A DNA stretch of 62,993 bases, counting the filler, from Octopus bimaculoides (taxonomy: Eukaryota), in NCBI RefSeq assembly GCF_001194135.2. It is 6 parts of 5 records of this genome, joined end to end, with 100 filler letters (N's around TTAATTAATTAA, not from the genome) between each part and the next. Parts side by side here need not be neighbours in the genome. Positions count along the whole stretch, not along the records: positions 24,009 to 41,937 come from NC_068994.1; positions 42,038 to 49,247 come from NC_068996.1; positions 49,348 to 58,568 come from NC_068994.1; 3 more parts are not named here. One strand, written 5' to 3'. Position 1 is the stretch's first letter; every line of letters starts with the position of its first letter. Both the position numbers and the translations under genes were made by a program. The notes beneath the pieces were generated by a model. It saw nothing but the letters and a program-made list of their open reading frames with translations, searched no databases and had not been told where the DNA came from. Below, in pieces: positions 37,815 to 51,306 of this stretch.

Positions 37815-38292
37815 TCCTGGGAGAGACTGAAAGAACTAGAACTTCTCTCCTTGGAGGAAAACGGGAGAGATATGCAGTGGTATGTGTCTGGAAGATCCTG
37901 GAGGAGCTAACACAGAGAGCTATACCGGACCCCGCCGAACTCGACGTCACTGCACTGTTCCAAAGGTCCCAGCCATCCCCTCTAGAAGTAAGGACCATGT
38001 ACTGCAATAGATTGGGCTTCAAGGGACAACGACTATTTAATATTTTGCAAAAACATCTGAGAGATCTACATGGAGTAGGGGTAGATGTTTCCAAGGAACA
38101 ATTTGACCGCCTATTCTCCAAGGTCCCAGATGAAACAATACCAAGGTAGGAAACTCAAAACAGGGCAGGTGTGTCGAACTCCATCCTTCACCAAAAGCCA
38201 ATCACAAAAGAGTGGCCATTGAAAAGATGATAACACTGGCGGTGCCCCAGAATGGCCACAGCTTTTGGGGCTGAAATGCATAAAAGAATAAA
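37815..38292 (+). mobile_element. CR1/L2-like LINE 3' fragment, same family as 16531-17770
   Basis: WERLKELELLSL..RERYAVVCVWKILE..YCNRLGFKGQRLFNIL..LRDLHGVGVDV..DE; tail GGCGGTGCCCCAGAATGGCCACAG. Confidence 0.85.
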
Positions 38293-40383
38293 CACACGCG
38301 CGCGCACGCACGCACACACACACAGAAGCCTTAAATTGCGCGGCAAATAACCAATGTTTCGAACTCCATGCCCATGTGTATTGCCATCGTATGCTTAGTT
38401 ATAAAACCCAAATTTGAGTGTTTCTCTTAATATATGTGAAAGACAAAATGAAACATGAAATATTCATTATTAAAATTCAAATATTTTCAATGAACTCTCA
38501 CAAAACATTAACCCAATCATTAAAAGCAAACACACATACGCTATAACCACCATGCATGCAATTTTTATTCTATCGAAGGTAGAATAATTTATGTTTTTAT
38601 GACATTATATTTAATTCATTCTGCATCTGTAGTCACAACACGCTGGGTTTAACATTGTCACGCACTAGTGTATAGATTAAACTTGAAAGGTAGCAGAAAT
38701 TGCGCTTACTTAATAACAAAATAGTAGCCATTTATTTAATTATACCCTAATTTCTATGCATTAATTATTAAATTATCATTTTTATAATCAATTTTATATT
38801 CAGTGATTAATAGTTACACTTTATTTTGGGTAAGCACTCCTTACCTTTCCTCTATACACATTCTGTGTGTGTGTGTTTGAGTGTGTGTGTTGAGTGTGTT
38901 TGTGTGTGTGTGCGCGCGCACGCCTGTGTATTCACACACGACCCAGCCTTCATCGCCTATACACAAAACTAACTGCCTATAAAATTCCTTTCTCATAAAG
39001 TTCCAGATTTAGGGGCCCATATCACAACAGGCTGTATTGATTGTTATTATGGAAAGAGGAAAAGGGGAATAAGAAATTCCATCTTTTATTGTCACGTTTC
39101 TTTACTTCATACACACCCCTTAACCCATCTCCTCTCTCTCTCTCTCTCTATCTCCGTCGTCATTATTACCAACCACCACCACCACCACCGCCACCACCAC
39201 CACCAACAACAACAACAACTACAACTCCGCCAACACCACCACCGCTACCACTATAACAGCCCCACAAGGTAACCGTTGATCTATCCACCCAGTCCTCCAT
39301 CCAAGCACCCATTTATCCACCCATCTATCCACTCTTCGAACTATCCATTCAGTCATCTACCCATTCATCCATCCATCCATCCACCAGTCCATCTATCCAT
39401 CCATCAGTCCATCCACCCGTCCATTCATCCATCCATACATCTACCCATCTATCGACTCTTCGAACTATCCATCCAGTCATTTACCCATCCATCCTTCCAT
39501 CCATCCATCCATCCATCCATCCATCCATCCATTTAACCACCCAACCATCCGTCCATTCATCCGCACATCCATTCATCCACCCATCCACCCATCCAATCTT
39601 ATCCAGCCATCCAGCTACCAACCAACCAACCAACCAACCAACCAACCAACCAACCAACCAACCAGCCGGCCAGCCAGCCATCAAGCCATGATCCATTTCA
39701 TGATCCAATCCAATCCATATTTAACTACGTCAATCACTTCAACACGTGCGAAGGAATCCAGAACTGGTGTCGCTTCCGAGGCTTCCCTACCCCCATTTCC
39801 ACGCATAAACACACGCAGCGCGAATAAAACGCCTAGAACATTCTACAAATGTCTGTCTGTCTGTCTGTACGTGTGCCTGTCTGTCAGTAGGTGTGTCTGT
39901 CGGTGTGACTGTCGGTCTATCTGTTTGTCTGTCTTTGATATTTGTGAACTTTTTTTCTGTTAATTGTCTGAAAGTAAAGTTCGTCAGACACAAAAACATA
40001 TTTGCCTGACATCTTCGCATACACGCGCGCACACTCAGAGAGAGAGGGGGGGAGACAGAGAGACAGAAAGAGAGACACACAGACAGACAGAGAGGAGAGA
40101 GAAACAGAGAGGGAGGGAGAAAGTGAGAGAGAAAGAGGGAGAGAAGTGAATGGCAGACAGATAGACAGACAGGCAGTGTGTGTATGAGAGAGAGGGGAGA
40201 GTGTGAAAGAGAGAGAGAGACACATATACACACACAATCACGCTCGCACACATAAACACTCATTCATACACACACAGACACATGAACACACACACACACA
40301 CACACACACAAAACCAACCTGGGAACCTCTACGCTGCCCTGCTAAAAATAACATCCAAATTCTTACTAATGTCTCAGAACAGT

Positions 40384-40535
40384 GGGAGTGGCTGTGTGGT
40401 AAGTAGCTTGATTATCAACCACATGGTTCCGGGTTCGTGGTACCTTCGGCAAATGTCTTCTGCTATGGCTTCCGTCCGACCAAAGCCTCGTGAGTTGATT
40501 TGGTAGACGGAAACTGAAAGAAGCCCCTCCGTATA
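40384..40535 (+). mobile_element. SINE family B, 5' half
   Basis: Head to GAAGCCC, then (TACA)n. Confidence 0.88.
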
Positions 40536-40589
40536 CATACATACATACATATATACATACATACATACACACATTACATACATACATAG

Positions 40590-41150
40590 GTGCTGGAGTG
40601 GCTGTGTNNNNNNNNNNNNNNNNNNNNNNNNNNNNNNNNNNNNNNNNNNNNNNNNNNNNNNNNNNNNNNNNNNNNNNNNNNNNNNNNNNNNNNNNNNNNN
40701 NNNNNNNNNNNNNNNNNNNNNNNNNNNNNNNNNNNNNNNNNNNNNNNNNNNNNNNNNNNNNNNNNNNNNNNNNNNNNNNNNNNNNNNNNNNNNNNNNNNN
40801 NNNNNNNNNNNNNNNNNNNNNNNNNNNNNNNNNNNNNNNNNNNNNNNNNNNNNNNNNNNNNNNNNNNNNNNNNNNNNNNNNNNNNNNNNNNNNNNNNNNN
40901 NNNNNNNNNNNNNNNNNNNNNNNNNNNNNNNNNNNNNNNNNNNNNNNNNNNNNNNNNNNNNNNNNNNNNNNNNNNNNNNNNNNNNGTGTTTACATCCCCG
41001 TTACATAGATTGACAGAATAAGTACTAGGCTTACAAAGAATAAGTCCCGGGGGTCGATTTGTTCGACTAAAAATGCGGTGCTCCAGCATGGCCGCAGTCA
41101 AATGACCGAAACAAGTAAAAGAGCAAAAGAAAGAATAAAAGAATTTCTAA
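40590..41150 (+). mobile_element. SINE family B spanning a gap
   Basis: Head GGAGTGGCTGTGT before the gap; 3' body and tail after it. Confidence 0.8.
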
Positions 41151-41284
41151 TGATATTTAATTATAAAAATATAATAGGATTTTTTTTTAAAGCATTGAAT
41201 AGTTATGAGGGTTCACCCGAGTAAAATAAGGGATCAAAGGGGTCCTGTAGGTGAAATATGGTTGAGAACCAGGACTCATAGGGG

Positions 41285-41460
41285 CTCGTTGCCTAGTTTC
41301 CATGGCGTGTAAGTGACCGAAGTCACAACATTGACCCCTGAACGGGATGACAGACCGTCGAAGGGTTACTCGTTTACAGCTGAATGAACTGGAGTAATGC
41401 GAAATGAAATAAACCACGATCTTCAGACCTTGAGTGCAACAATCTTACCAGTAGGCAACA
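41285..41460 (-). mobile_element. Degenerate SINE sharing the family C central domain but with a different tail
   Basis: TTTACAGCTGAATGAACTGGAGTAATGCGAAAT is the reverse complement of a TTGCTCCAGTCCACTCAGCTG-like domain. Confidence 0.55.
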
Positions 41461-42037
41461 TACTTTCACTTCCGATTTGATGTACACATAATTAGTTACG
41501 AAAAGCATTAGCTCGGACACTTGGGTAAGATGAAATGCCCCCTAGCGTCCATTTCAAACAAGCACACATGTTCTTAATTATACTAACTACATAGAGAAAA
41601 TGTCCTCTCTCTCTCCTGCACATTCAGGTTTACACTCCTACTGCGTATTCAGGTTTACCCGTGAATACTTAGTATTACATATTCAGCTGAGTCATACGCA
41701 CCCCCAATCAATATGCGTACAGAAAATTTAGACTCGACGTTGCATTCATTGTTGGATCGAAACGAGGGTCTCGTGATTACGGGGCGAACTTTCTAATACT
41801 CATACTTACATACAGGATACCAAAAGTGTACGTACGCCGCTATATGCATATATGAAAAAAAAAAAAGAAAGAAAATGGAATAAACATTCACAACACCCGG
41901 TCTGAAAATCGAAACCGCGATCTTCCGACCGCAAGTCNNNNNNNNNNNNNNNNNNNNNNNNNNNNNNNNNNNNNNNNNNNNTTAATTAATTAANNNNNNN
42001 NNNNNNNNNNNNNNNNNNNNNNNNNNNNNNNNNNNNN

Positions 42038-42228
42038 GGTTCGATCGTCAATACATACAGAAGCGCCGACAAGGGACATCCCTGACGGACCGAACGCGTG
42101 ATGTCGAACGGTTTTGACAGGTGACCGTTTACCCGTATTACCGATCGGATGCCGCTATACAAGGCAGCGATCCAACCGCGGAAGACGGGACCAAAGCCAG
42201 CTGCCCTGAGGACGGCCGCTAGGTATCG
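42038..42228 (-). mobile_element. L1/Tx1-like LINE RT fragment cut by a linker
   Basis: YLAAVLRAAGFGPVFRGWIAALYSGIRSVIRVNGHLSKPFDITRSVRQGCPLSALLYVLTIE. Confidence 0.88.
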
Positions 42229-42337
<109 letters not shown>

Positions 42338-43157
42338 GGTGGGGTAAATAGAGGGATGGATGCATGCATGGATGCATGGATGGATGCATGCCTGCTAGGA
42401 TGCATGGATGCAAGGCTGCATGAATGCTAGGATGCATGGATACATGCATGTTTGCATGAACGGATGTATGTATGGATGTATGGATGTATGGATGGACGGA
42501 CGGAAGAACAGGTGAACGGGTATACAGGCAAAGAAGCAGACAGACAAGCAGACACAAAAACATATAGATAGATTTAACTTCTTCATAAAGACCAAGTCGT
42601 TAACAAAGTGACCAGATCGATTAAGACAATTCCCGGAGTTTGTAACTATGTGGCTGAGTTAGCATGTGCATATATATATATATATGCGTATGCACCTGCA
42701 ATTATACTGTGTGTGCGCTTGTCTCTCTAGTACTTGCGCTTATGTGTGTTTTCGTGATTAATTTACATACGCACCTTTACAAATACACACACGATCAAGA
42801 ACATACATTCATTTAAGAATCTCAGATGGAAAGTCTTTAGAATATCTTACAAATTTTTACTGTGCCGTTAAAAGATTGAATTTCTTCCGTCAATTTCTTC
42901 CGTTATTTTTCAGCAAATCCTTGCATATTTCAGTTATTTGTGTAAATCCGGAATCACGTAGTTTAATAAACCTCTGATGATAAAAACCTTTTATTTTTAT
43001 TTTTCCAGAACTCTTGAAGACGCGTTCACCTCTGCTGAACAATTGACTTCTACAACAGGGCATGACTTCTGTTCCTTGTCCCACAGAACAAAATATAACA
43101 AACAACTGTTACTCGAAGTTTCACGTTCCTGTCCATCGGACAGTTTAGTCCGATGAA

Positions 43158-43710
43158 CAGGAGCACAAATCTCTGACGAAGCCACTTGTAATAAAGAAAT
43201 TAGGAGACGACTAGTCATAGAAACAACGTTCATGGAAAAGTTTAATAACATCTGGATCAGCAAAAGTGTCCCAACTAAGTGAAGAACAAGGCTAGTACGA
43301 ACGCTCATTTGCCCAACAGGCATTCGTGATTGTAAAGCTTGGACTCCGAACAAATTTGAAGAGAATATGATGAATGAGTTTAAAATGTGAGAGTGTTACG
43401 AGTCTCTTACAAAGATCATTGGACAAATGAATGGGTGTTACAGCAAGTAAATGAAAGACAACTCCTGAACGCTGTGAAAGAACAAAAGCTCATCTGTTAT
43501 GGTCATATTCGAAGAAGCAGAGGTCAGAAATACATTATCATGAAAGGAATGGTAAAGGGTAGTGGATCAAGAGAAAGCAAAAAACACAATGGATGGATAA
43601 TATCAAGAGCTGGTTGAACAAGAGCAGTAAGGAAGCCGGAGAGCTCGCACTTAATTCAGAAGACTTTCGTTGTTGCGTTATCAATGCGCTGCAGGTATGC
43701 GATGCATGAC
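43158..43710 (+). mobile_element. RTE/BovB-like LINE fragment, decayed
   Basis: GAQISDEATCNKEIRRRL..RVLRVSYKDHWTNEWVLQQV..LLNAVKEQKLICYGHIRR..WMDNIKSW. Confidence 0.85.
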
Positions 43711-43941
43711 AACGACTTTCCAATAAAAGAAACAAAGTTCCATAGCGTGAACTTGAATAACAGCAACAATGATGAACATTAGAAATGTCTTGCATATTTT
43801 TACTGTTCCTAGTATAATATACTATATTTGTAAAATGATCACATTCATTACCTTTATATCTCATCTAATTTTGTTACAAATTGATGGTTCTAATTTCAAT
43901 ATTTAATCAATTTCAATAATTAATTTGTGTAGAGTTGTTAT

Positions 43942-44305
43942 TGGCACTCCGTCGCTTACGACGTCGAGGATTCCAATTGATCCGATCAACGGAACAGCCT
44001 ACTCGTGAAATTAACGTGCAAATGGCTGAGCACTCCACAGACACGTGTACCCTTAACGTAGTTCTCGGGGATATTCAGCGTGACACAGTGTGACAAGGCT
44101 GGCCCTTTGAAATACAGGTACAACAGAAACAGGAAGTAAGACTGAGAGAAAGTTCTGGTGAAAGAGTACTGCAGGGTTCGTCACCATCCCCTGCTGGAGC
44201 CTCGTGGAGCTTTAGGTGTTTTCGCTCAATAAACACTCTGGGAATTGAAACCGCGATCCTATGACCGCGATTCCGCTACCCTAACCACTGGGCCATTGTG
44301 CCTCC
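43942..44305 (-). mobile_element. Chimeric tRNA-derived SINE: family C 3' part with a different 5'/central part
   Basis: 43942-44120 matches the family C 3' region. 44120-44305 lacks the TTGCTCCAGTCCAC domain and has a related tRNA head. Confidence 0.8.
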
Positions 44306-44461
44306 ACTCTGTGGAGTCGTTGTACGTTTTAAAGCAATTGTCTTTTATGAGGGCTGCTGACGTTTAATGATTGTACAGGATTTTAGCTTCTCTTTTTCTG
44401 TCCAAGACCACTAAAACAAGTATAAAGCAATCTTTATATCCAACTTAACGTGGATGCCTTG

Positions 44462-44662
44462 TTATAACAACGAATACTGCGTTGTTAGCCTTGAGAGAAC
44501 GTTTCATACAGGCGCTTGGTGCATAAACGCACACGTTTAAATCATAGCCGCCTATGGCATACGAATTTTATCTGCTACGATCTATGTGTATGCGCTTTTA
44601 TGCACCAAGTGCCTATATGAGAGGCCCTCTCAAGACTAATAACGCAGTATTCGATGTTCTAA
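44462..44662. repeat. About 200-bp fold-back (candidate MITE)
   Basis: Arms about 44462-44548 and 44574-44662 (CGAATACTGCGTTGTTAGCCTTGAGAG / CTCTCAAGACTAATAACGCAGTATTCG); a related partial copy lies near 45320-45400. Confidence 0.88.
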
Positions 44663-44753
44663 AAGGACAGACTCGTTTAGTATACTTTTTAAAACAAATA
44701 TGTTACGTTTCCGAATATTGCGTTTCACCAATATTCTTCGTGTTGGAAAGTAT

Positions 44754-44788
<35 letters not shown>

Positions 44789-45843
44789 CATCTATGCATG
44801 CATGTATGTATGCATCTATGCATGTATGTATGTATGTATGTACGCATCTATGCATGTATGTATGCATCTATGTATGTATGAATGTATGTATGTATGAATG
44901 TATGTATGTATGTATGCANNNNNNNNNNNNNNNNNNNNNNNNNNNNNNNNNNNNNNNNNNNNNNNNNNNNNNNNNNNNNNNNNNNNNNNNNNNNNNNNNN
45001 NNNNNNNNNNNNNNNNNNAGAGACAGGCAAAAACACGTCTTAACACTACGAAACCGGAAGCATATATACTTATATACATATACAAAGAAACACTCACGTA
45101 TATATACGCGTGTATGTACGTATATGCATATGTATATATATATATAGAGAGAGAGACATAATTAAGTTTATATATACACATACATAGATGTATTTTTGTA
45201 CATATGTATGTGTATGCATGTATATATGTATATATATATATATATATGAACACACATATACATATTCGTTATTGGTGACGACAACTTTTTTTTAGTGTTG
45301 AATAGCAATGTATATAACCTACTTAACGTGGATGTGCTGTGGGAATGCAACAATACTGCGGCATTCGCTTTTAGAAAGCATTTTATATACGCGTATAGCT
45401 ATAGAAAGTACAGAAGTATCCGGAACAAACGTAAAGTGCCTTCGGTAACAGGTGTCTACTCTCAACCGCGTGCTTCGTTACAAATATTCCTTCCGTCCCA
45501 AATGGTTAGATTTTATACAACCCATCAACTCCTTGCGACAAAGGCGATATTTGTGTAAATATGTGTTTGATAGAAGATACTTGCTACAGATTTCGCGCAA
45601 ATACGCAAAAGCCACATGATCTAACAATTACACCGCTGCCGTTTGACACTTCTTCTGTTACTAATAAATCTGTGCTTTTCAACACTAGAAGTCAAAACGA
45701 GATGATTTCTGAATATGAAAATAGCAATAGTGTGGTTTACTTCCACATTAAGATAAACAGATTGCTAATCATTATTTATCAACTATCGATCTATTGATTT
45801 ACCTGGCAGTCTGTCTATACGTCTTGGTAAGTCGGTAGGTAGG

Positions 45844-45916
<73 letters not shown>

Positions 45917-46506
45917 TCTTTTATTCTTTCACCTGTTTCAGTCATTTGATTGCGGCCATGTTGAACGCCTCGGTTTGGTTACTCGACTTGCCAGAAATTA
46001 CAATGAAATCACGCTATTTAAAATGAATGCATTTGGTAATGTGGTCTTTCAAACCCAATGCCTTTAGTCTCTCAAACATAAAACAGGCAGGATGGTCACA
46101 GCTGGAACATATTTCATCGCAAGGAACTTTGGTCATGGTTGGTGTGGCACTAAACAATTACAACAACATCGACGACGTCAACAACAACAGCAACACTTGG
46201 AAAGAGAAATGAATAAACGTATTACTCTTTTTAAGAGTATCACAGCACAAATTACTATCGCGAGATTGAGTGGTTATGGTCTAATTGGGAAGTAATAAAT
46301 AAGAGGAGAAAAAAATAATAAAAGATTTATTTTTATTAAACTGTATAAATATTATACTCAGTGGGTAACAAACAGGAGACGGCTGGTCGGCATTTTTCTC
46401 TTCTGCTATTAGTATCCAGCGAAGAAATTCTACAGATATCAAGTCTTAATTAAATTTTTTATTGCCGTCTGCTACTTATAATCATCATTATCATCATCAT
46501 TCATCG

Positions 46507-46540
<34 letters not shown>

Positions 46541-46767
46541 TCATCATTCATCGTCATCATCATCATCATCATCATCGTTGTTGTCATCGCCGCTGCCGTC
46601 GTCACCGTCGTCGTAATCGTCACTGTCATCATCAACAACAAGAACAACAATAACATCGTTGTTATTATCAGAACAAACAATATTACCAACGTTATTACTG
46701 CCGACGTCCCTCCTTATCATGATTGTCATCAGCATTAATAATCGTCGCCATCGTCATCGTCTGCAGT

Positions 46768-46801
<34 letters not shown>

Positions 46802-46838
46802 CGATGATAATGATGATGATGATGATGATGATGATGAC

Positions 46839-46924
<86 letters not shown>

Positions 46925-46940
46925 CGATGATGACGATGAT

Positions 46941-47017
<77 letters not shown>

Positions 47018-47065
47018 CGATGATGACGATGATGACGACGACGACGACGACGACGACAATGATGA
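46768..47065. repeat. About 300-bp (GAT/GAC)n microsatellite
   Basis: Direct reading; source of the poly-D/M/S ORFs. Confidence 0.97.
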
Positions 47066-48600
47066 TTTTTTAATTTTATTTGTCGCTAGGGTGAAGGATA
47101 ACGGGAACAATACAAAGACAGACATAAAGTGTTGGGGTTTACATATAATGAAATAAAAAAAAAAGAAAAAGTATGCAATAAAGCAAAGAAGGGAAGTAAA
47201 GAAACAAAAGTAAAAGAAAAGAAGAAGGAAAAAAGGATGATAAGGATAATCGAGGAATTCCCCCGTCCAACATCTCCTTGAATACCAAAGGCAAATGTCC
47301 TCTCCAATTCCTTTTCTCCTACTCACAGGTCTTTGCTTAGAGCGGTGCCATCCACTTTTGCCATTTTCGCAAAATCCACTTCAGGACACCACCTCCCTCT
47401 CTACCCTCACTTTCCTTTTCAAGTGAAACTTGAAAAAGTCGATAAAAGCTTTACCAAAGAGTAATGCCTCTGCCCCCATTCCTTTCAACCTCGTCCACCA
47501 GACAACTTCTTTCACCACGACCGCCAGATAAAGGAAAACTGCCTTGCCTGCCCGATTAAAGGAAGGCGGTGGAGTAACAGTCGTGTGATCACACCTCTCC
47601 GCCATTAATCCTCTATATATTGCTAAAGTGGAACATCCACTGATCCTATTGTCCATCTTGAAGTGGACTGTGAGGGTCTGACGACTTTCTAGATACCAGG
47701 CGCTCTCTCTCGGTCTATCCTTCACCGAAGACAGCAGCTCCGTTAAAGAGACGAGCTGCGGAAAGGCAAGCCTCAGAAACGGAGCCCACACATGTTCACC
47801 GCCAAGAAATCGTTACAGGTGGCACAACCAAAGCTCATGTCTGCGCATCAGTAGCCACAGCATGCATATGCTTCCTTGCAGAGTGCGCTTGACCAGTGGA
47901 ACGTGTCTCTTCCATAAGAAAATAAACAAAAGACGCTCCAATCTGATCAAGCAGTAACTGAGACAAGGCAAAACGGTCAAGCAATAAATGATGATGAGGT
48001 ATTCGCCACCTCTGTCCGACCTTTCAGAGACAGTTTCCTCTCTGACTATTTCTTGTTAAGACTGGCCACTCTTTTTGTCACCTCGTACCAGTTTTTATCG
48101 GGACCGAACAGTTTAACTGGTCCATCAATTGATTTGTTTCTCCAGATAACCAGTCGCGAACCGACCGACTCGTCGATGTTGATTGTGGCCCCTGCAATCG
48201 ACTCATATTCCTTTAGAATGGGAGCCGACTGTCTCCACATCGGAGGCGTCCGACACCATGACGGTGGCGTCCTCCGCGTACGCTGTCACTGCTCTTCTGA
48301 GTCCCAGTTCGAAAGGGAAGCCCCTCACCTGTTCCATCTGCAGCAGTGGCTCAAGAGCCAGCATGTAGAGAAGAGGTGATAGCGGGTAGCCCTGACGGAC
48401 CGAGCGTGCGATGATAATCAGTTCCGATAGATGGTCGTTTGCTTTGACTACCGAGCAAGTGCCGCTGTGCATTGCAGCGATCCACCCTTTGAAAACGGGT
48501 CCGAAACTAGCTTCTTTAAGGACGACTTCCAAGTAGCGATGGGCGATCCCATTGGATGCTTTCAACTGATCTCGATATCATCAACTTGTCCCCTTTTCTT
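47066..48600 (-). mobile_element. 5'-truncated L1/Tx1-like LINE with 3' UTR and AATAAA
   Basis: DQLKA..HRYLEVVL..RSVRQGYPLSPLLYMLALEPLL..TAYAEDAT (degenerate YADD), LERLLFIFLW, FFKFHLKRKVRVEREV; frameshifted. AATAAA on the minus strand at 47075-47080. Confidence 0.9.
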
Positions 48601-48778
48601 AAAATTAGTCACCTAATGCTAAAATTAGAAAGAATTATTAATCATTGATAATATAATCAAATAATATTTTAATTTTGTAATTGAATAAAAACAAAAAAAT
48701 ACAAGTTTCTTGCCGTTTTAATTAAATTCATTTAAACAAGTCTAAATCATCAACTTTGAAATGTAAATTGTAGGAAGA

Positions 48779-48811
<33 letters not shown>

Positions 48812-49347
48812 GTGTGTGTGTGTGTGTGAGTGTGTGTGTGTGCGCGGGTGTGCGTGTTTGTATTTGTATGCGTGTGTGTGTGTACATGTATGTATGTTTG
48901 CATGTGTATGTGTATGTATGTGTGTTTGTATGTATGTATTTATGCATGCATGTATGTATGCAAGTAAGCATGGATGTATGTATATGCGTATGTATGTATG
49001 TATGGATGGATGGATGGATGGATGGATGGATAGATGCATACTTGTTACGCAAGAGCACATGCAATCAGATGAAAAAAGCTGATCGCAAAGCAAAACAAAT
49101 ATGTAACATGTTCACACCTCAACATTAACTACATATCATGTTTCTATTTCAGAAAATTTTAAATTGAAACTAATCTTATTTCAATACAATGAACTAGAAA
49201 ATATTTACTTAGCATTGAAGTTATATACATATATATATATATATATANNNNNNNNNNNNNNNNNNNNNNNNNNNNNNNNNNNNNNNNNNNNTTAATTAAT
49301 TAANNNNNNNNNNNNNNNNNNNNNNNNNNNNNNNNNNNNNNNNNNNN

Positions 49348-49406
<59 letters not shown>

Positions 49407-50129
49407 TGAGAAGAAACTCGAGATTTGGTTGCAATTACGGTTTTTATTAGATCGTAAATTACATATTCTTCACACGTGTTTCACTAATGTGCATTAGTAT
49501 GCTTACGCATGCCATGGGACTTTAAATCATTAGCAGAGAGTAGGTCAGTCCTCGTTACATATGGCAAGTCTTGGACATATACTTGGATCTGGTGGAAGCC
49601 GTTACTTTTTCTCATCTGATCTCGGCCGATTCTTCACAGAAGGAATGAAAGATATACAGATAAAGAAAAATTCACTGCTGTACAGACCTTTGTCAAGAGA
49701 AAATGGACAATTGCAATAAGCTGGTATCCTTTTCTCACGTATGGAAGTGACCGATTTGACGGTGTCGGGTTACATATCAGTTTGTTTGGTTGGGAGAATT
49801 TATGCTAGGCTATAATCTCTAGGGGCAGTAGCTGAAATTCCACACTCTTCGGAATGACAAATAACTGTTGCAAACATCTGCTCTTCCTTACAACGTGCTA
49901 GCCTTTTTGCCAGCTCGTCTCCTTGAAATTAGGCATATGTTGTGAAATAAATGGTTGTCGACATGAGTGAGAAAAAAAAAACTCAAAAAGTAGACGTAGG
50001 ACCCATTTTTATGTACGGTTGTGTGATCTGGAATATCAACAAACAATTTCAAAATTTTATGAAAAGTCTACAGAAATGTGATTCATTAGAAGAACGATGA
50101 TGCTGCCCTATGCAAAAAGAGAAGCAAGC

Positions 50130-50420
50130 ATTGAAGTTCTTAGACGAAGAAATTACTTGAAAACATCTCAGCAATAAGGGGATACAGACTAAGCTGATTG
50201 GACATTATATGAGAGAACAAGGCCTTGAACGCTTAGTAACAGCCAGGGAAACTAGGATTAAGAACTTGAGCAAGACAAAGAGAGCGGATACTCAATGGCT
50301 TTAATCTCTGGCTACTGAAAAATTGACTGAAAACAATAACTTGCAAAATGTTGTCTGAAACAAGAGTGAGTAGAGATCTATACTCCTCGACGCCAATAGG
50401 CTTGGCACATGGAGTTGAGG
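50130..50420 (+). mobile_element. RTE-like LINE 3' fragment, highly decayed
   Basis: IRGIQTKLIGHYMREQGLERLVTA resembles the RTE C-terminal pattern IRKRQL.F.GH.MR..GLE.LV. Confidence 0.55.
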
Positions 50421-51306
50421 ACTACGTTCAGTAGCTCCCTCGATACATCCAATATTTCTTTTCTACATTTAGTTTTCTCTTGCAAACTTCAATACCATAC
50501 TTGCTGCTACTTTCAAAAATCTTCTACTATTTCAGTACTTCCTTGTTAACTCGATTATTTCCCCTCTTGCTTTCAATACTTCTTTATCGCTTTCAAAACA
50601 CCCCTGCTACTTCCGTACTTCCCTTATTACATTCAACACTCTCCGGCTACCTTCTCCTCTAAGAATATATACTTTGTTACGATGTTAGATTTATTATGTA
50701 ACACGAGATGTATCCTGATTACATTTCTTTTATGTTCCTACTCAATAGTACAAACGAAACTATATATCATACATGGTACTACAAATGTATTAATAGTTTT
50801 GGTGCTGCTGTTCTTCAAATAATGTTTTATATCTTTGATCCTGTCCAAACGGCAGGGTTTTTTTTTTTATTCACTTAGCTTTCACATACAGAGAGCATGC
50901 AAGCGCAAGAGAAAGAGAGGGAGAGGGAGAGGAAGAGATTTACTCTTATCGTCGCTCTTATACATAGCGAATAGGTACTTATCACTCACCCCGCCTATTT
51001 CTGATCCATGGTGTTATATATCTTTCATTCGTGTCAGCATCTTCCATTTTTTGCAATGTCAATTTTCCTCATTTGCTTAACACAATGGACATTTTAGTAT
51101 CTACGCTAAACCACTGAATAGACAATAACTAAAATATACACAAACTGCACGTCATTTGTTGTACGTAGTTTAAATCATCGATTAAGGGACAGAAACAAAC
51201 TAATCCCACCTTCTCCCTACATTATAAATTAGCGTTTGTAAAGCTAACTCAAAGCACAGAATAAAGCCATCAATTACTACTTTCATCGCCGTCGTCATCG
51301 TTGTAA

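Noticed and set aside
46659-47156. 165-aa poly-Asp ORF and overlapping poly-Met/poly-Ser ORFs
   Set aside because: Translations of a (GAT)n microsatellite; open on several frames with no non-repetitive coding context.
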